Positions 10,840 to 22,500 of a DNA stretch of 64,000 bases are shown piece by piece (position 1 is the stretch's first letter; every line of letters starts with the position of its first letter). The notes beneath the pieces were generated by a model. The model had not been told where the DNA came from, did not search any database, and was given only the letters and a program-made list of their open reading frames with translations. Source of the stretch: Raillietiella orientalis (Eukaryota). Both the position numbers and the translations under genes were made by a program. The stretch spans positions 1,116,001 through 1,180,000 of the forward strand of contig JAYWIR010000006.1 of NCBI GenBank assembly GCA_036172245.1. Direction: 5' to 3'.

Positions 10840-13800
10840 CGGATGCGACGGTTGCGTCGCTCTCGTATCCTAGGTGCGTGGATAATCGGATGCGAGGATT
10901 GCGCTGCGGGCGCATACTGCATGTTTGAACAGACAGATGCTATAGCCGCCCCTGCTCGCGGTAGCGCGAGCACAGTCGATAGGTTACTAGGTAACGTCTC
11001 TGTGATTGCACGAGATGCGAAAGAAGGACGTGAGCAATGACACTTTCGATGTTTTCGTTGAAAATCCCGAAATGGAAAGGGGATGGCGGAAAGACGGGGG
11101 AGGGGGTGTGCAAGACGGGAAGAGCCCCCCTTCTTCCTTTTTCCGACTCCGAAAGCAGCTCCCGGGCAATGACGGCTTCCGACGACTCGCCTCAAGTAAA
11201 CTTGCGAAAGGCAGTGGGAATTGTTCCAGACAGGCAGGGAGCTCTCTCTCTCTCGTCCCCCCTCCTTCCGACGGATCCGCATCGTGCCTCGAAGGCATCT
11301 CGCCAAGTCGGACGACCTCACCACCGACCCGCAGTTGGTGGGAACGCTGCAGGAAAGCCCGTCGCAGTTACCAAGGGAATCCTCCAACTTCCGCCCGAAG
11401 TTCCTCGTTTTTCCCACGCTTGCAGATAGCTCGCGGGAGCACTCCAGAGTCGCTTCGCGGAAGCGGGTTTTGCGCCCGGTTTTGCCGGAGCATTTATTAT
11501 ATAAAATAATGAATATACACTTTTTGGTAGGGCAAAACCCGGGGGAACGGGTAGGGCAGCTGTCTTCCTCGAGGAATCTGCTCCAGCCTCTGTTGTTTGG
11601 AACGGCGGCAGCAACCTCTCCGAGGAGACGCAAACGCGCGCGCGCGATCTCGGACCGGAAGTCGATCTCGGGCAGGCGAGGAAGACCTTTTGCTAATTCG
11701 AGGGGGTTCCCCGCCGGATTGCGGTCAGCGCGCGTGTCGGGGGAGGCGGCCAAAGACGAGAAGAGGTGGTTCGGGTTTTCGAGCAGCAAGGGGTGGAGAG
11801 AGGGAAGGAAGGGAGAAGGGGGCGGGGAGGGGTCCTGTGTGCAACGAGGCAGCCCCGAGCGATGATGCACCGCTGTCGGGTTGATGCCTGGTCTCTCTCC
11901 CGGCGTACCGTGGAAGGATGGGCGAGAAACAGAGGAGGGAACTGCTGCGCGGCCCTTTCCTCTTTGGCGGCCCCCTGTGGATGTCCGCCGGTGAGGAGAG
12001 AGTCCAGGACTGCCTGGGGGAACCGTGCCTCTGTCTCGTGCCCGGAGCGCCTCTCGAGCACGAGAGAGAGGGAGCCGCGCCCTTCGCCAGTCCCGTCGGC
12101 ATCGTAAGAGGAAGACTCCTTTGTCCGAGAGGAAGGGTTTCCGGGTTCCCCTCGCTGTGGATGATTTTTCTCTCCTCCTCCCTCTTTCCCTATCCTTCGC
12201 ACCTTCCCGCGCCAGGCAGAGGCAGCGGCGCGTGAGCAGGGTCTTCAGGAGAGGGGAAAGAACAAAATGGAAGCGGGAATCCGAGAAAAACGATAGAAAG
12301 AGGATGGGGGAGGGGGAGAGGAGAAGGGATCGACGGAGGCTGAGAGGTCCGCCCACGCCGCCGGGGACAGGCCAGAAAGGGACGGCGGAAGCTGCTGGCT
12401 GGGAAACGCGACGCCCGAAGGCGGTTCCTAGAGAGGCGCGCGTGCCGTCATCCCCTTGCCGTCCTCCCGGCATCCGCCGCCACGCGGGCAGCTGGGGCTT
12501 CCGTGAACATCTGCCGGAGAGTCCAGCTTCCCCCTTCGCGGGGAGCCGCCGCCGCTGCATCTTCGGCCAGGTGGTGCCCGCGCTCGAGCGACCCGATCGC
12601 TCGCAGGGGTCTATTTTTAGCCATGGCCGAGCGCGCGCGGAAGGAAGGAAGGGAGCACGAGTCTTCCCTGCCTTCCGCGGAGCAGGAACCTCCGCCAGAA
12701 GCCGCTATGTGGCGGCCGCCGGTGCCCTCAGTAGTCTGGGGGCAGTGGGGGGGATGGAGGAGGAGAGGCGGGCGCCCTTAACCCCGTTCTTCGGGTTCTG
12801 CGTGGCCCTCTTTCGTCTCTTTCCTGAGCTCGACCCTTTTCTTCCCTCCTCTCTGAGAAACACCAGGTGGCGATTCTGGTTCCTGCGATGCTATGCCCTC
12901 AAGCAGAGGACAGGCTGCAAGCGTCCCAGGGTCTCCCGGCTGCGACGGAGTCCCGGTGGATCCTCTCGGGGGTGCGTGCCGACCGCCTTCGTCGTCCAGG
13001 GCGACGAGCCTGGGGGAAAATGGGGGGAAAGATGGGAGGAGGCAAAGTCAAGCCAGGGAGGGTGCAACCGGCCCTACGGACGTTTGACAGACGAGGCCGT
13101 CCCTCCTTCGGTAGACTGCCACCCCATCCCTCCGCTCCCTGCTGACAGGACCACGCGACCTCCCTTCGTTCTCCTCTGAGGGAGACGGTGGCCGGGACGC
13201 CCCCCTCTCGACCCTGCCGCTGCCGACGATAGGTTCTCCACCGAGGGAGAGGAAGAGCCGCCGTAGAGCTCATGCGCCGCGGGCACGGGACAATGACATG
13301 AACGCATCGGGATGTCGGGGAACCTCCCTACCTCATCCCATCAATGCTGCCAGTCCACGGCTCCCTTGCCCCCCTTGCTGAACGCTCCCAACTGGACCGC
13401 GCAGACCCGAATCTACAGAGATGACTCTGTGGGGATCAGTAGGTGGTACCCCACCCCAAGCGGAGAGCTGCCGCGAAACTGCTTCGCCGTGGGAACTCAT
13501 TCCAGAGCAGGAGCAGAGCTGGTGATCCCCGAGGAGCAGTAGCAGGAGGGAGGAGGAAGAAGAAGGGAGGAAGATGAGATGGGGAAAGGGAAAGGGGAAG
13601 GAGCAAGTCCTCTTAGCAAGATAGGGAGGATTGGTCAAGTTCCCCTTGTGAGTAGCCGGCGCGGTAGAGAGACGGGAGATCTGGATCTTCGCCGCCGAGT
13701 CAGGTCTGCTGGCGCCTTCCAAGGACCGGTGAGAAGTTGCCGAGCTACCTTTAAGAGTGGGAGACTCTGGGCCGGAGAGCTGTTGATCGGCGGGTCTCAG

Positions 13801-14404
13801 TGACTCCATCAAGGGAAGGGCGATGGCCGTGCGCTTCCCGGTTCCTCCTCTTCTGCGTTCTGCGTAGCCCCCGTTCTGAATCTCCGCACTCCTCCCACGC
13901 CGGCCATCCCGGATTCCGGGCGCGGCGAACTCCGCTCCTCCAAGCGGGAGAGGGGTCTTCCGGAGCCTCGCTGAAAGCGCCGGCCTTTCCTTCCTCGTGT
14001 CGTTCGGGGAATCGCGGGCGGCGTGGGCGCGCCTGACCTCACGAGCTGGGCCGCAATCTTCCCGGAAACTCGACAGCCGTCCTCCCGCTGAGCTCTCGCC
14101 AGCTCGCTTTCTTGCAGCAGAGTCGTCACTGAGGTCCTGAGACCATCGCGGTTTTGCCGTCTCCTCGCTCCCGGATCCGAGGACAAGATACGTGGCCGCC
14201 GTCGGGAGCGGACTGGTACGCCTGTCCTCCAAGGATGTTCGAAAGGGAAGGAGGAGGAGAGAAGGAGACTTCTCTCTTCATCCTTCTCCTTCTCGTCGTC
14301 GCCATCGCTATCCAGCCGCAACGTCCCTCTTCTTCCCCTCCTCCCCCCTCGCTCCACCTACTCTTCCTCCCCTTGTACTCTGGTTTGCTGGAAAGCGACG
14401 CACG

Positions 14405-16540
14405 ATGAGCAAGGTGCCGCTAAAAGGGGTCCAGAGTTCTGGTTCTGGTGTCGTCCATCATGTAACTTTTGAATGGACGGTCAAAGAGCTGACCAGGTCT
14501 TTCTCTGACCGAGGCTCCGGTCGCGACGAAGGCCCGGAGCGGGAAGAAACTTCTGCCGGAGGCGACGATGCTTTCTGAGCCTTGGCAACGGATCCATGCC
14601 GAGGCTGGAGCCTCGACGACAGCATAGCACATTCGATCTCGTGCCACCTGTGATTTCACCGCACGCCTACCAACAGAGTGGAAGTTGGAAAGTGAGTGGC
14701 TCGATACGACCACCGAACCAATCCTCGGGCGGTCATCCCCGACCGCACCACCCAGCGTCGCTCGTCGCAGTGGCAGGAGCGTCACCACCGGAAGGAAAAA
14801 CTCACGAGGGAGGTGTGTGTTCGTCACCCTCACGGAGACCGATTCTTGAAGTTCTTGCACCGTTTGCCCCCAGGAACCTCTCAAGAGCTCCTAGGAAACC
14901 GCGTCGGTTTCGCTTCTTCCTTGAGGATTCCTTCCCCGCCCCTTTTCCCAGGGGTCAACGTCAGTGCCCCCGGGAAAAGTCAGTGGTTCACTTTTTCCCC
15001 TTGGATCAATCCTCTTATCACATAGCGCCAGCATCCACTGGTGAGGAATCGAGACCTCCCTCCTCCTCCCCATCCCTTCTGAGCAAGATGGGCATGTCTC
15101 TCACACCTTATCCGGAAGAGAGACTCCTTCGTTTCCCTGTGATTCCTGTGCAGTTCGACAGAGGTGCGCACTGCTTCCTCGCCTGCTCCCTTCACAACTC
15201 CTGCCAGACGTCGACCCAAGAGAGGGTCCGTCCCGTTGGGTCGGGACGACCCGCCCTCCCTCCGAGAAGGGAAGAGAGAAAAGGGTCGCTTCATCTCTCC
15301 CTGGGGCTGAAAATTTTCCAAAACCCCCACCGGGAGAAACGAGGGCGTGTCTCCTCGGAGCCCCCTCCGATTATTGCTGATGGAACGGCGGCAGCTGGAA
15401 GGAAAGCCGAAGATCCTCATCTGGACCTGCCGCGATCAATGCACCTCGGAAGACAGGCTGTTGGTTCCTCTGCCGCATCGCGACTAGCAACTGCCCTGCC
15501 CTCTTTGACCTTTGCATGAAGCGGGAGACGGTCCCAGCCTCTTGGAAAACGCCGAAGCCGATTGCGCCTCCTGAACCCTCTCCGGCGTCCAAGATACCGA
15601 GAGATCCCATGTCCATGCCGAGTGTCTTCCCCGAGGATCATATCGGTAGATTTTAGATGATGAAGTGATCTGTCCTCGAAGAAAGGAATTTCATCCTTTT
15701 CATGGAGACTTCTCTGCGTTCTTCAAAAGCGTTTCAATTCAACTCCCTCTTACTCTTCCTTTCCTCGTCCCTCCCTGTTGTTCTTTCTCCTTCTCTTCTT
15801 CCTTTTCCACACTTGCTCTTCCAATATCCCTCCTCCACTCCGTCTCCGTTCAGGCACCGATCCACAGACTTTGGTGAAGAGTCGATTGATTCAGCCAGCA
15901 CACGGTGAGACTACCCACGGTGTTTGCAGCGTTGAAGGAGGCGGAGAAGATTTCGAGGATGCTGTGCGGTCCTGTTAAAAGATGCTTCCACCTCTTTCCA
16001 ATTGGAGCGTCCGAGCGGCACCAGGGAACAGCGTGCAGTATTCCCTCGTCAGAAATCGTTTGCGCCGATTGAAAGCCGTGACCTGTGTCAATCTTCACAA
16101 AGGGTTGAGTCGTTTTTCCTTCGCAGGAGGCCGCCTGAGGTCTTTGGACTTATGAGGTTCCTACACGCCGTTCTCGTCAGCCCCCTGGTCAACAGAGGTG
16201 CCGCAGAGAGGAGACCCACAGAACGGCCCCGCCGGCGGTGCCAACAGTGGAACGAGTACCCGCCTCGCGTCCTGAGTCACTGCACGGGCCGCCCTTCGCG
16301 AGCGCATGGAGACGAAGAAGAAGGATGTTTACCGGGAAGAGCAACTCAAGCTCTTGTCCCTGCCCTGGTGATCGCCTCCTGGGGCTTCTCAAGGTGATGA
16401 CGAGCCACCGTGGAAGAATTCGGGTCTGGTCGGCTGAGCGCGGTCTGGATGCCGGCGTCTCGACGACGCCGTGCTGTACAGCAGGGGTGTTCACTGGGCC
16501 CACCAGGCTCGGACACCCCTCCGGATGGAAGTCGGCGCTT
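14405..16540 (+). pseudogene. possible decayed MATH-BTB-BACK (SPOP/TDPOZ-like) gene
   Basis: Motif fragments occur in the expected order but in different frames, with stops: VTFEWTVKEL, TEWKLE, RFRFFLED (MATH-like); TD...PAH, RLPTVFAAL, PEVFGLMRFLH (BTB-like); DVYREEQLK, SGWKS (BACK-like). Recognised by eye only. Confidence 0.4.
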
Positions 16541-19500
16541 CCTTCTGGAGATGGTGCTGCCCGAGAAGAAAGGTGCACATGGCCGGATGACCTGGATCTT
16601 TGCTTTCGATCTGTAGCGGCTGCTGGAGGAACAGTGAGCTGCGAGGGTGAGACGGCAGGTCGATTGCGGTCTCGGCCGGAAGGCAAGGAAGGTGGTCAAC
16701 ACCGCGGGGAGGGCGTCAGATGACGCAGAGCAGCCCCTTCCCGCCCCGAGGTGTTGTCGGGGTTACGTCGAGACTACCTTTCCCGGCTCGCCACCGCCGT
16801 CCGCGACAGCAGCGGGACCCGCCCTTCATCGCGTTGGCGGAGAAGCCAAGACCGAGACGCCAGCGCGGGCCTGCGGATCGGCGCTCGAGGGAGCGCGAGA
16901 GCCCCTTCCATCCTGGGGAGGACGCGGGAGTGAGGGATCAAGCAAGGTCCCGTAGGATAACGGCCCATCTCCGGCGAAGGCGCTCCAACTTCTGAGTGTT
17001 CGGGAGAGCGGGTGTTCCCACGCCCACACGAGGAAGGAGCGAATCTTCGCGGAGGCAGGGACGGCGCCCACAGATGGCGGTGGCTCGCCTGATCGGGAGA
17101 GGGGCAGAAGCCCAAGGGAGCTCCTGCCCTCTTCCTGGCCCTGGACAGAGAGTGGAGTTCTGCATGGTCCCTCCCCAGAAGCTCCCCGTCCGGCTTGGGC
17201 GTGTCATCGGTGGCGGCCCTACGGCCAGACCAGTCGGCGAGGGGGAGGATGACCCTCCGCGCCTGGGCCGCACCGTCCTCCCGGCCGACCGACTCGCGAC
17301 TGCCCGGAGTCCATCCACGTCTCCTCCATGCTTCCGTGCCCGACTTGACCTGCCCAGGTGGGCGGCTCCTGGACGCGACGCCCAGCTTCAGGGCACAGAC
17401 GAGAGCGTTCATCCGCCAATAGGTGTGGCGGCCGAGCACCACTATCTTGGACATCGCCTTCCGCCCCTTGGCGAGTGGGGAAGGGAGAGAAAGAAGGCAA
17501 AGGGAGTGTGGAAATCGGGAAATAGGAGGGCTTCCCACCCCGCTACTGGCCAGCGTTCGGGAGGAGGAGGTGCAAGCCATGGCGGTGTCGGCGGTCCGTC
17601 GGGGTTCATCCGGCCCGCGGATGCACGCGGAGGGCTGGGACGCTCAGCGACAGGGGCACCGGGACGTCCATCACGAGTGTCGCGGGCCCGGATGCCATCC
17701 AGACAGGATGCCGGTCTCCTGCTCTCCTGGACCTCCGATGGCGAGAGGGCATCATAGCCACCACCCCCTGCTTGGCCCGAAGGACGACGAGGAGGATGGA
17801 ACGAAAGAGCTGTCCCCAGGATCGAGCCGGGAACTCCGTCGTCGCCTCCCCGTCCCCACCTCCCTCCGACCTCAGGGTCACCCTGGTGACGCATCAACCT
17901 CTTTCTCCCTCTCACAAGCACCTCTCCCAGAAAAGAGGAAAGAGGAGCAAGGCAGGAAGGGAAGAGGAGAAAGGGAGGAGATACCTTCAAAGAGGCGTCA
18001 GCAGTTGGGATTCACATGACCCGGAGGAACGACCTCCATGACCGGTAAGGGCAGCGCCCCGCATGGAGGCGCAGCAGGTTGTCCTCGGCTCGTGAGGGCG
18101 CCCCGGCAGCGTGGCGGCACCTGTGAGGTGCAGGGGAGGAGTCCGTGCTGTTTTCCCTTTCCCGGGGGCCAGAGTCGAACCCCACAGGAAGTAACCTCCA
18201 CGGGGAGTCCGGAGGTCCCGGCCGGTTGCCCCGGAGCTTCCGGGAAGGGAAGCTGCTCCTCCGAGAGCGCGCCTCCCAGGGGTGGCCTCGGAGGACTTTC
18301 CGCCGCGGGACTTTCCGGCCTGGGTGGGTGGCTTCGCCGGCCGTGCCCTCCGCGAATGTCGCTGCCGCCGTCGTCCTCGGGTGCCGCGCCTGGATACCCG
18401 GTCCTGCCAAGGGGGCGTTCCTCGCCTGCAGCACCACCTCCAGGGAGTCGAGCCGGGGTCCTCACGAGGGCAATCCTTGTCCGGCTGGAATACCGTCTCC
18501 CTCTGCCCCCCCCCCCTCCCCCAGGGGATCCGGACGAGTGGAGGTTCTTGTGACCTTTGACGACACCTGCAGCGGAGCTTCCGAGGGGTAGGGCGTCTCG
18601 GGTCCCCCGAGTCCGAGACGGCGACAGCGGATGCTCTCTGGAGCAGCGCACAACACGAGGGACGAGGGTGGGGGGATCCCTGCGGCCACGGCCGTCCACA
18701 CGTGAGGGATCGCCGGAGCCCGGCGGCACCGCAGCGACCTCTCTCCTGCACGGGGACTCCTTCCCTGACCCTCCCTTCCCCCTTCTGTTCTCCCTCCTGC
18801 GGTCGGCTACTCCCCAAATTTTCCCTCCGGGGCGGAGGGCTCAGCTTGGAGGGGAACCTGGCAGTCTTTGTCGTTGCCATTCCTTCCGAATTAGAGGTTG
18901 GCCTCGGTGCTGGCACCTCCCGCCCGCTACGGCCGGAGGAGGCTGCGGAGGGGTAAGAGTTCCACCGCCCGCCCTGGGCTCAGCCCCTTCGGGGTCGTCC
19001 GGGGTGCCCTACTCGCCGAGCGCGTTAGTGGAGGTAGGTAGGAGGAGCGCGCGCACGCGTGGAGAGAGCGGGGAGGGGGGGGAGCGTCTCGCCATCTCCG
19101 CTTCGGTCGTCTCTGCGTAGATGGCAGCAGGAGCGCGCACGACGCACGGGGAAAGAGTGGACGCGGCGTCGCCGATGCCGAGGAACGCCACCTGCCCATT
19201 TTTCCCGAGGATGCGACCGGACATGTCTGAGCGGTGGTGGGACAGAGCTGCGTCAGCGGTCCTCGCCATTTCCAAGGCCAGTGAGCGGAGGCGCTCGCCC
19301 TCTGCTGGAAGCCTCTTGAACCCCGTTCGTCGAAAGAAAAGAGAGGGAGGGGGGGAGAAGGGCCGGTTCGAAGCGCCACCCCGCTAGTTGGATGGGGCTC
19401 GCCCACCCGTCCCACCGGGGCAGCGGGACGGCGGTGACCCCGGTGAAGGCGGAAGGAGCCGCGCGGAAGCTTCGAAGGGACGGGAAGATTCCTCTTCCCC

Positions 19501-22500
19501 TACGGTGCAGCCGACCTCGAGAGACGCCGCCGAGAGTCTCTCCCGCAGCGGCGCATGCGGAAAAGATCCGCATGCGCCGCTGGGCAGCCGGGCAGCCGAG
19601 GGCGGCTGCCGCGACCGGAGGGCTGCAGCAGCGCAGATGTAGCCAGACTCCGCCGAGAGGGCGGAGTCTGAGGGAAGGGCGGAGCAGAAGGGCGCCGCGT
19701 CGTCTCAATAAAGGTCTCCAGCTGACGCGCCACCGACGGGGGCGACGGGAGAAAACCCCAGCTCCAGAGAGGGAGCGGCGCTCTGGGGGGGGGTGCCCGG
19801 CCGGGTCCGTGCACCGAGCCTCCCTCACGTTCCAGCGCATCCTGCCGGGATAGCGGCCAGAGGGGGAGGGGGAGGAAGGTCGTGTACGGTGGAGGTCCTG
19901 CGGAGGGCGAGGCAAAAGTTTCTGGAGCTCCGAGGACGATGAGGGATCCGGGGGATTGGGGAAGGGGACGCGGCAAGGGGAGAACCGATGCCCCTGCAAC
20001 CAGCCAGAGCCAGGAAGCTTTGGAGCCCCGACAGGCTGCACGAAGAGGAGGAAGGGAGGAGGAGGAGGGAGAAAATCTCGAAAAGTATCGTCCGTGTTCT
20101 TTTGATTGCATCCCGAGACGAACATTCAGCTGTTTGAAGTTGGAAGCGAGAAGGAACGGTACTCAAAATACCGAATTTCGTTGTCAAGGCTACCTTTTCT
20201 CGAGTTTCCCACGGAGGAGAAGATGGCTAGGAGCTGCTTCAAAGATACCCGGAGGGCGGCCGCGCCTCGCTCGCGCGCGCAGGGGGAAAAAGCTCTCTGC
20301 CTTTTGTTTCTGTTTCCTCTCCCTCCCGCGGGGAGGCGACACCGACTCGACCTGTGACCCCGTCGCAAGGTGACCCCGCACTGCCGGCGCTTACGGGTCG
20401 CGGCGAAGATTCACCGAGGGATGCATTCCGGGGAACGAGGGTGCTCACCACGGGATTCGAACGCGGTGGGTGTGGGGGGCGGAAGATCTGGAAGGTGGAG
20501 CTCACCCGGTCGTCGGCCGGGACCGGGGATTCGGCATGGCGAAAGGGGGCGTTGGCTAGGAGCACGCGGTACGGAAGGGACACGCCGTAGCCCGTCGCAC
20601 CGTCACGCGAGGCGCAGCGTGCACGACCAGCGCCGCCGGCACCGTCGGCGGTACCGTCCCTCCCGGAAGCGCCTGCGAATGCCTCCTGGTCACCTGCGCC
20701 TTCGCGCAAGCTCTCGTTTCCGAGAGCCTCGCTGCCCGAGGCTCTCGGAACGCGCGCTGCTGGAGAGCGTGCGCGAAGACGTGGAGAAATTGCGGCGGCG
20801 AGCTCCTATCGTCCTCAGCGCTGCTGATAACTGAAGCTGTTAAGGAAGCCAAGTGCCCAATACAGAGCCCCCACGTGGTGAATGCTGATTAGCGCGCGCA
20901 TCTTCAAGGATGTCTGCCTGCGGGACTGATGCTCCGCAGGTATGCAAGATCGGCTTTCCGGAACCCGGGAGTCGCTTGCTGCTCCTCCTGATCAAAACGA
21001 TCGTGGGGAGTCTAAAGGCGTGTCTCGGGGGATATGCGTCGTCGACCCACGGCAGGATGGGATGTCTTCCTCTTGGCTCCTTCCAAAGTGAGTGAGAAAA
21101 GCACGTCGAGGCGCGTGGATCGTCTCGTTCGGTCTGCAGCCTGAAGGAGCCACGATCTCGGGACGAGGGAGGGTGGAGAGTGTGGACACGGTTTGAGTAC
21201 GTGAGATGCCTTCGTAGGGTCGGAACTCCTCCAAGGAAGATTGGTTTTCCAGGCCAACGTGCAGGTTTCCGCACGATTTCTCAGCGAAAGTGGTGGTAGT
21301 ACCTGAGTTGGTCGGCAGATGGGGGAACCGAGTGCTCTGCCACATTTTCTTGGCCGCGAAGAACCCAGCGGAAGCCACTGGAAGGAATCGAAAATGCGAT
21401 CGGAAGGGCACGAGGTTGCGGGGCTGGACGGTCGGGAGCAAAAACTGTGCGGAAATGGTCGCTTCTTTCATCCGGGCTTCCTTTCCGCATTTTTACTTGG
21501 GCTATTTTGAAACGAGGATGAAAACTTGACCAAAACAATAAATCGCCATGCATTCGAAAGCCATTCCCTCCCTCGTGGAAGGAATGGGAAAGCAAAGCCA
21601 AGGAGACCGTTTTTCGTCATGCCATGTCTTCCATCAGAGGCGCGTCTGTTGTGATGGCACCCCTGCACAAAGGATGGACGCTCGCTTTCTTCGTTTTACG
21701 TGTGGCGGGCGTAGGTACCAACCTATGGAATCGCAGGCGATGCTCGCTCTGCGTGTCGCCGCTTAACGTTTACTTTCCCGCAGCCCATGATTTCCCTTTT
21801 CATTCCCGTTACATCCCCGCATCCATTCTCCTGTCTAAATACGCCAAATTTATTTCCTCGATTTCCCAGCTCCTACGCTGCCCGTCCGCACCCCGGTGGA
21901 GACGGAGCGGACGCTGGGCGAAGCCGACCGGCGTTTGGTTGTCTCGACGGACGCAAGATGTCAGGAGAAAAGCGGAAGGGGCCGTCCGACGAATCCACCT
22001 CTTTCCCGTCTGCGAGAGCCTCGATCCCTCAAGGCGAAAGAAGGAGTGGGGAAGAAGAAGGACGGAGGAGACGGACGGGAGCCCACGGAGAAAGTATGGA
22101 CCGCTCGCCGCCGCCACACAGACCTTTCGATTCAGTCCGCTTCTTGTCGGTTGCTCTCTTGCGAGGTGCGAATCACCACGCCCCTCATCCGCAGTGACAA
22201 CCGAACGGAAGAGCTCGAGCCGAAAAGAGGAGGCCGGCCATCCCGTTGTTGCCGGTTCTTTCTTTCTTTCTTTTTGCTGTAAAGGTGGCATGATCCAACT
22301 GACTTCCTGAAAAAAACAGGAGAACCACGCATTCTGAGGGGTAGGGTCTGAGATGTGCAGGAGGAAGCACACGAAGCTGTGGCTGCACGAAGCTGAGGAC
22401 GCCCCAGACCGGATCAGATGAAAGTCCATCCTGCAAAAGGAAGAAAAAAGTAAAAGGGAACCCGTGTTCTCCGTATTATGGGAGCAAAGCGGATCCAACA

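Noticed and set aside
10596..12560. 654-aa minus-strand ORF, and the many overlapping 200-400 aa ORFs across 4-30 kb and 39-47 kb
   Set aside because: They are rich in Arg/Pro/Gly/Ser, open in several frames at once and show no recognisable domain. This is expected from stop-codon scarcity in GC-rich DNA.
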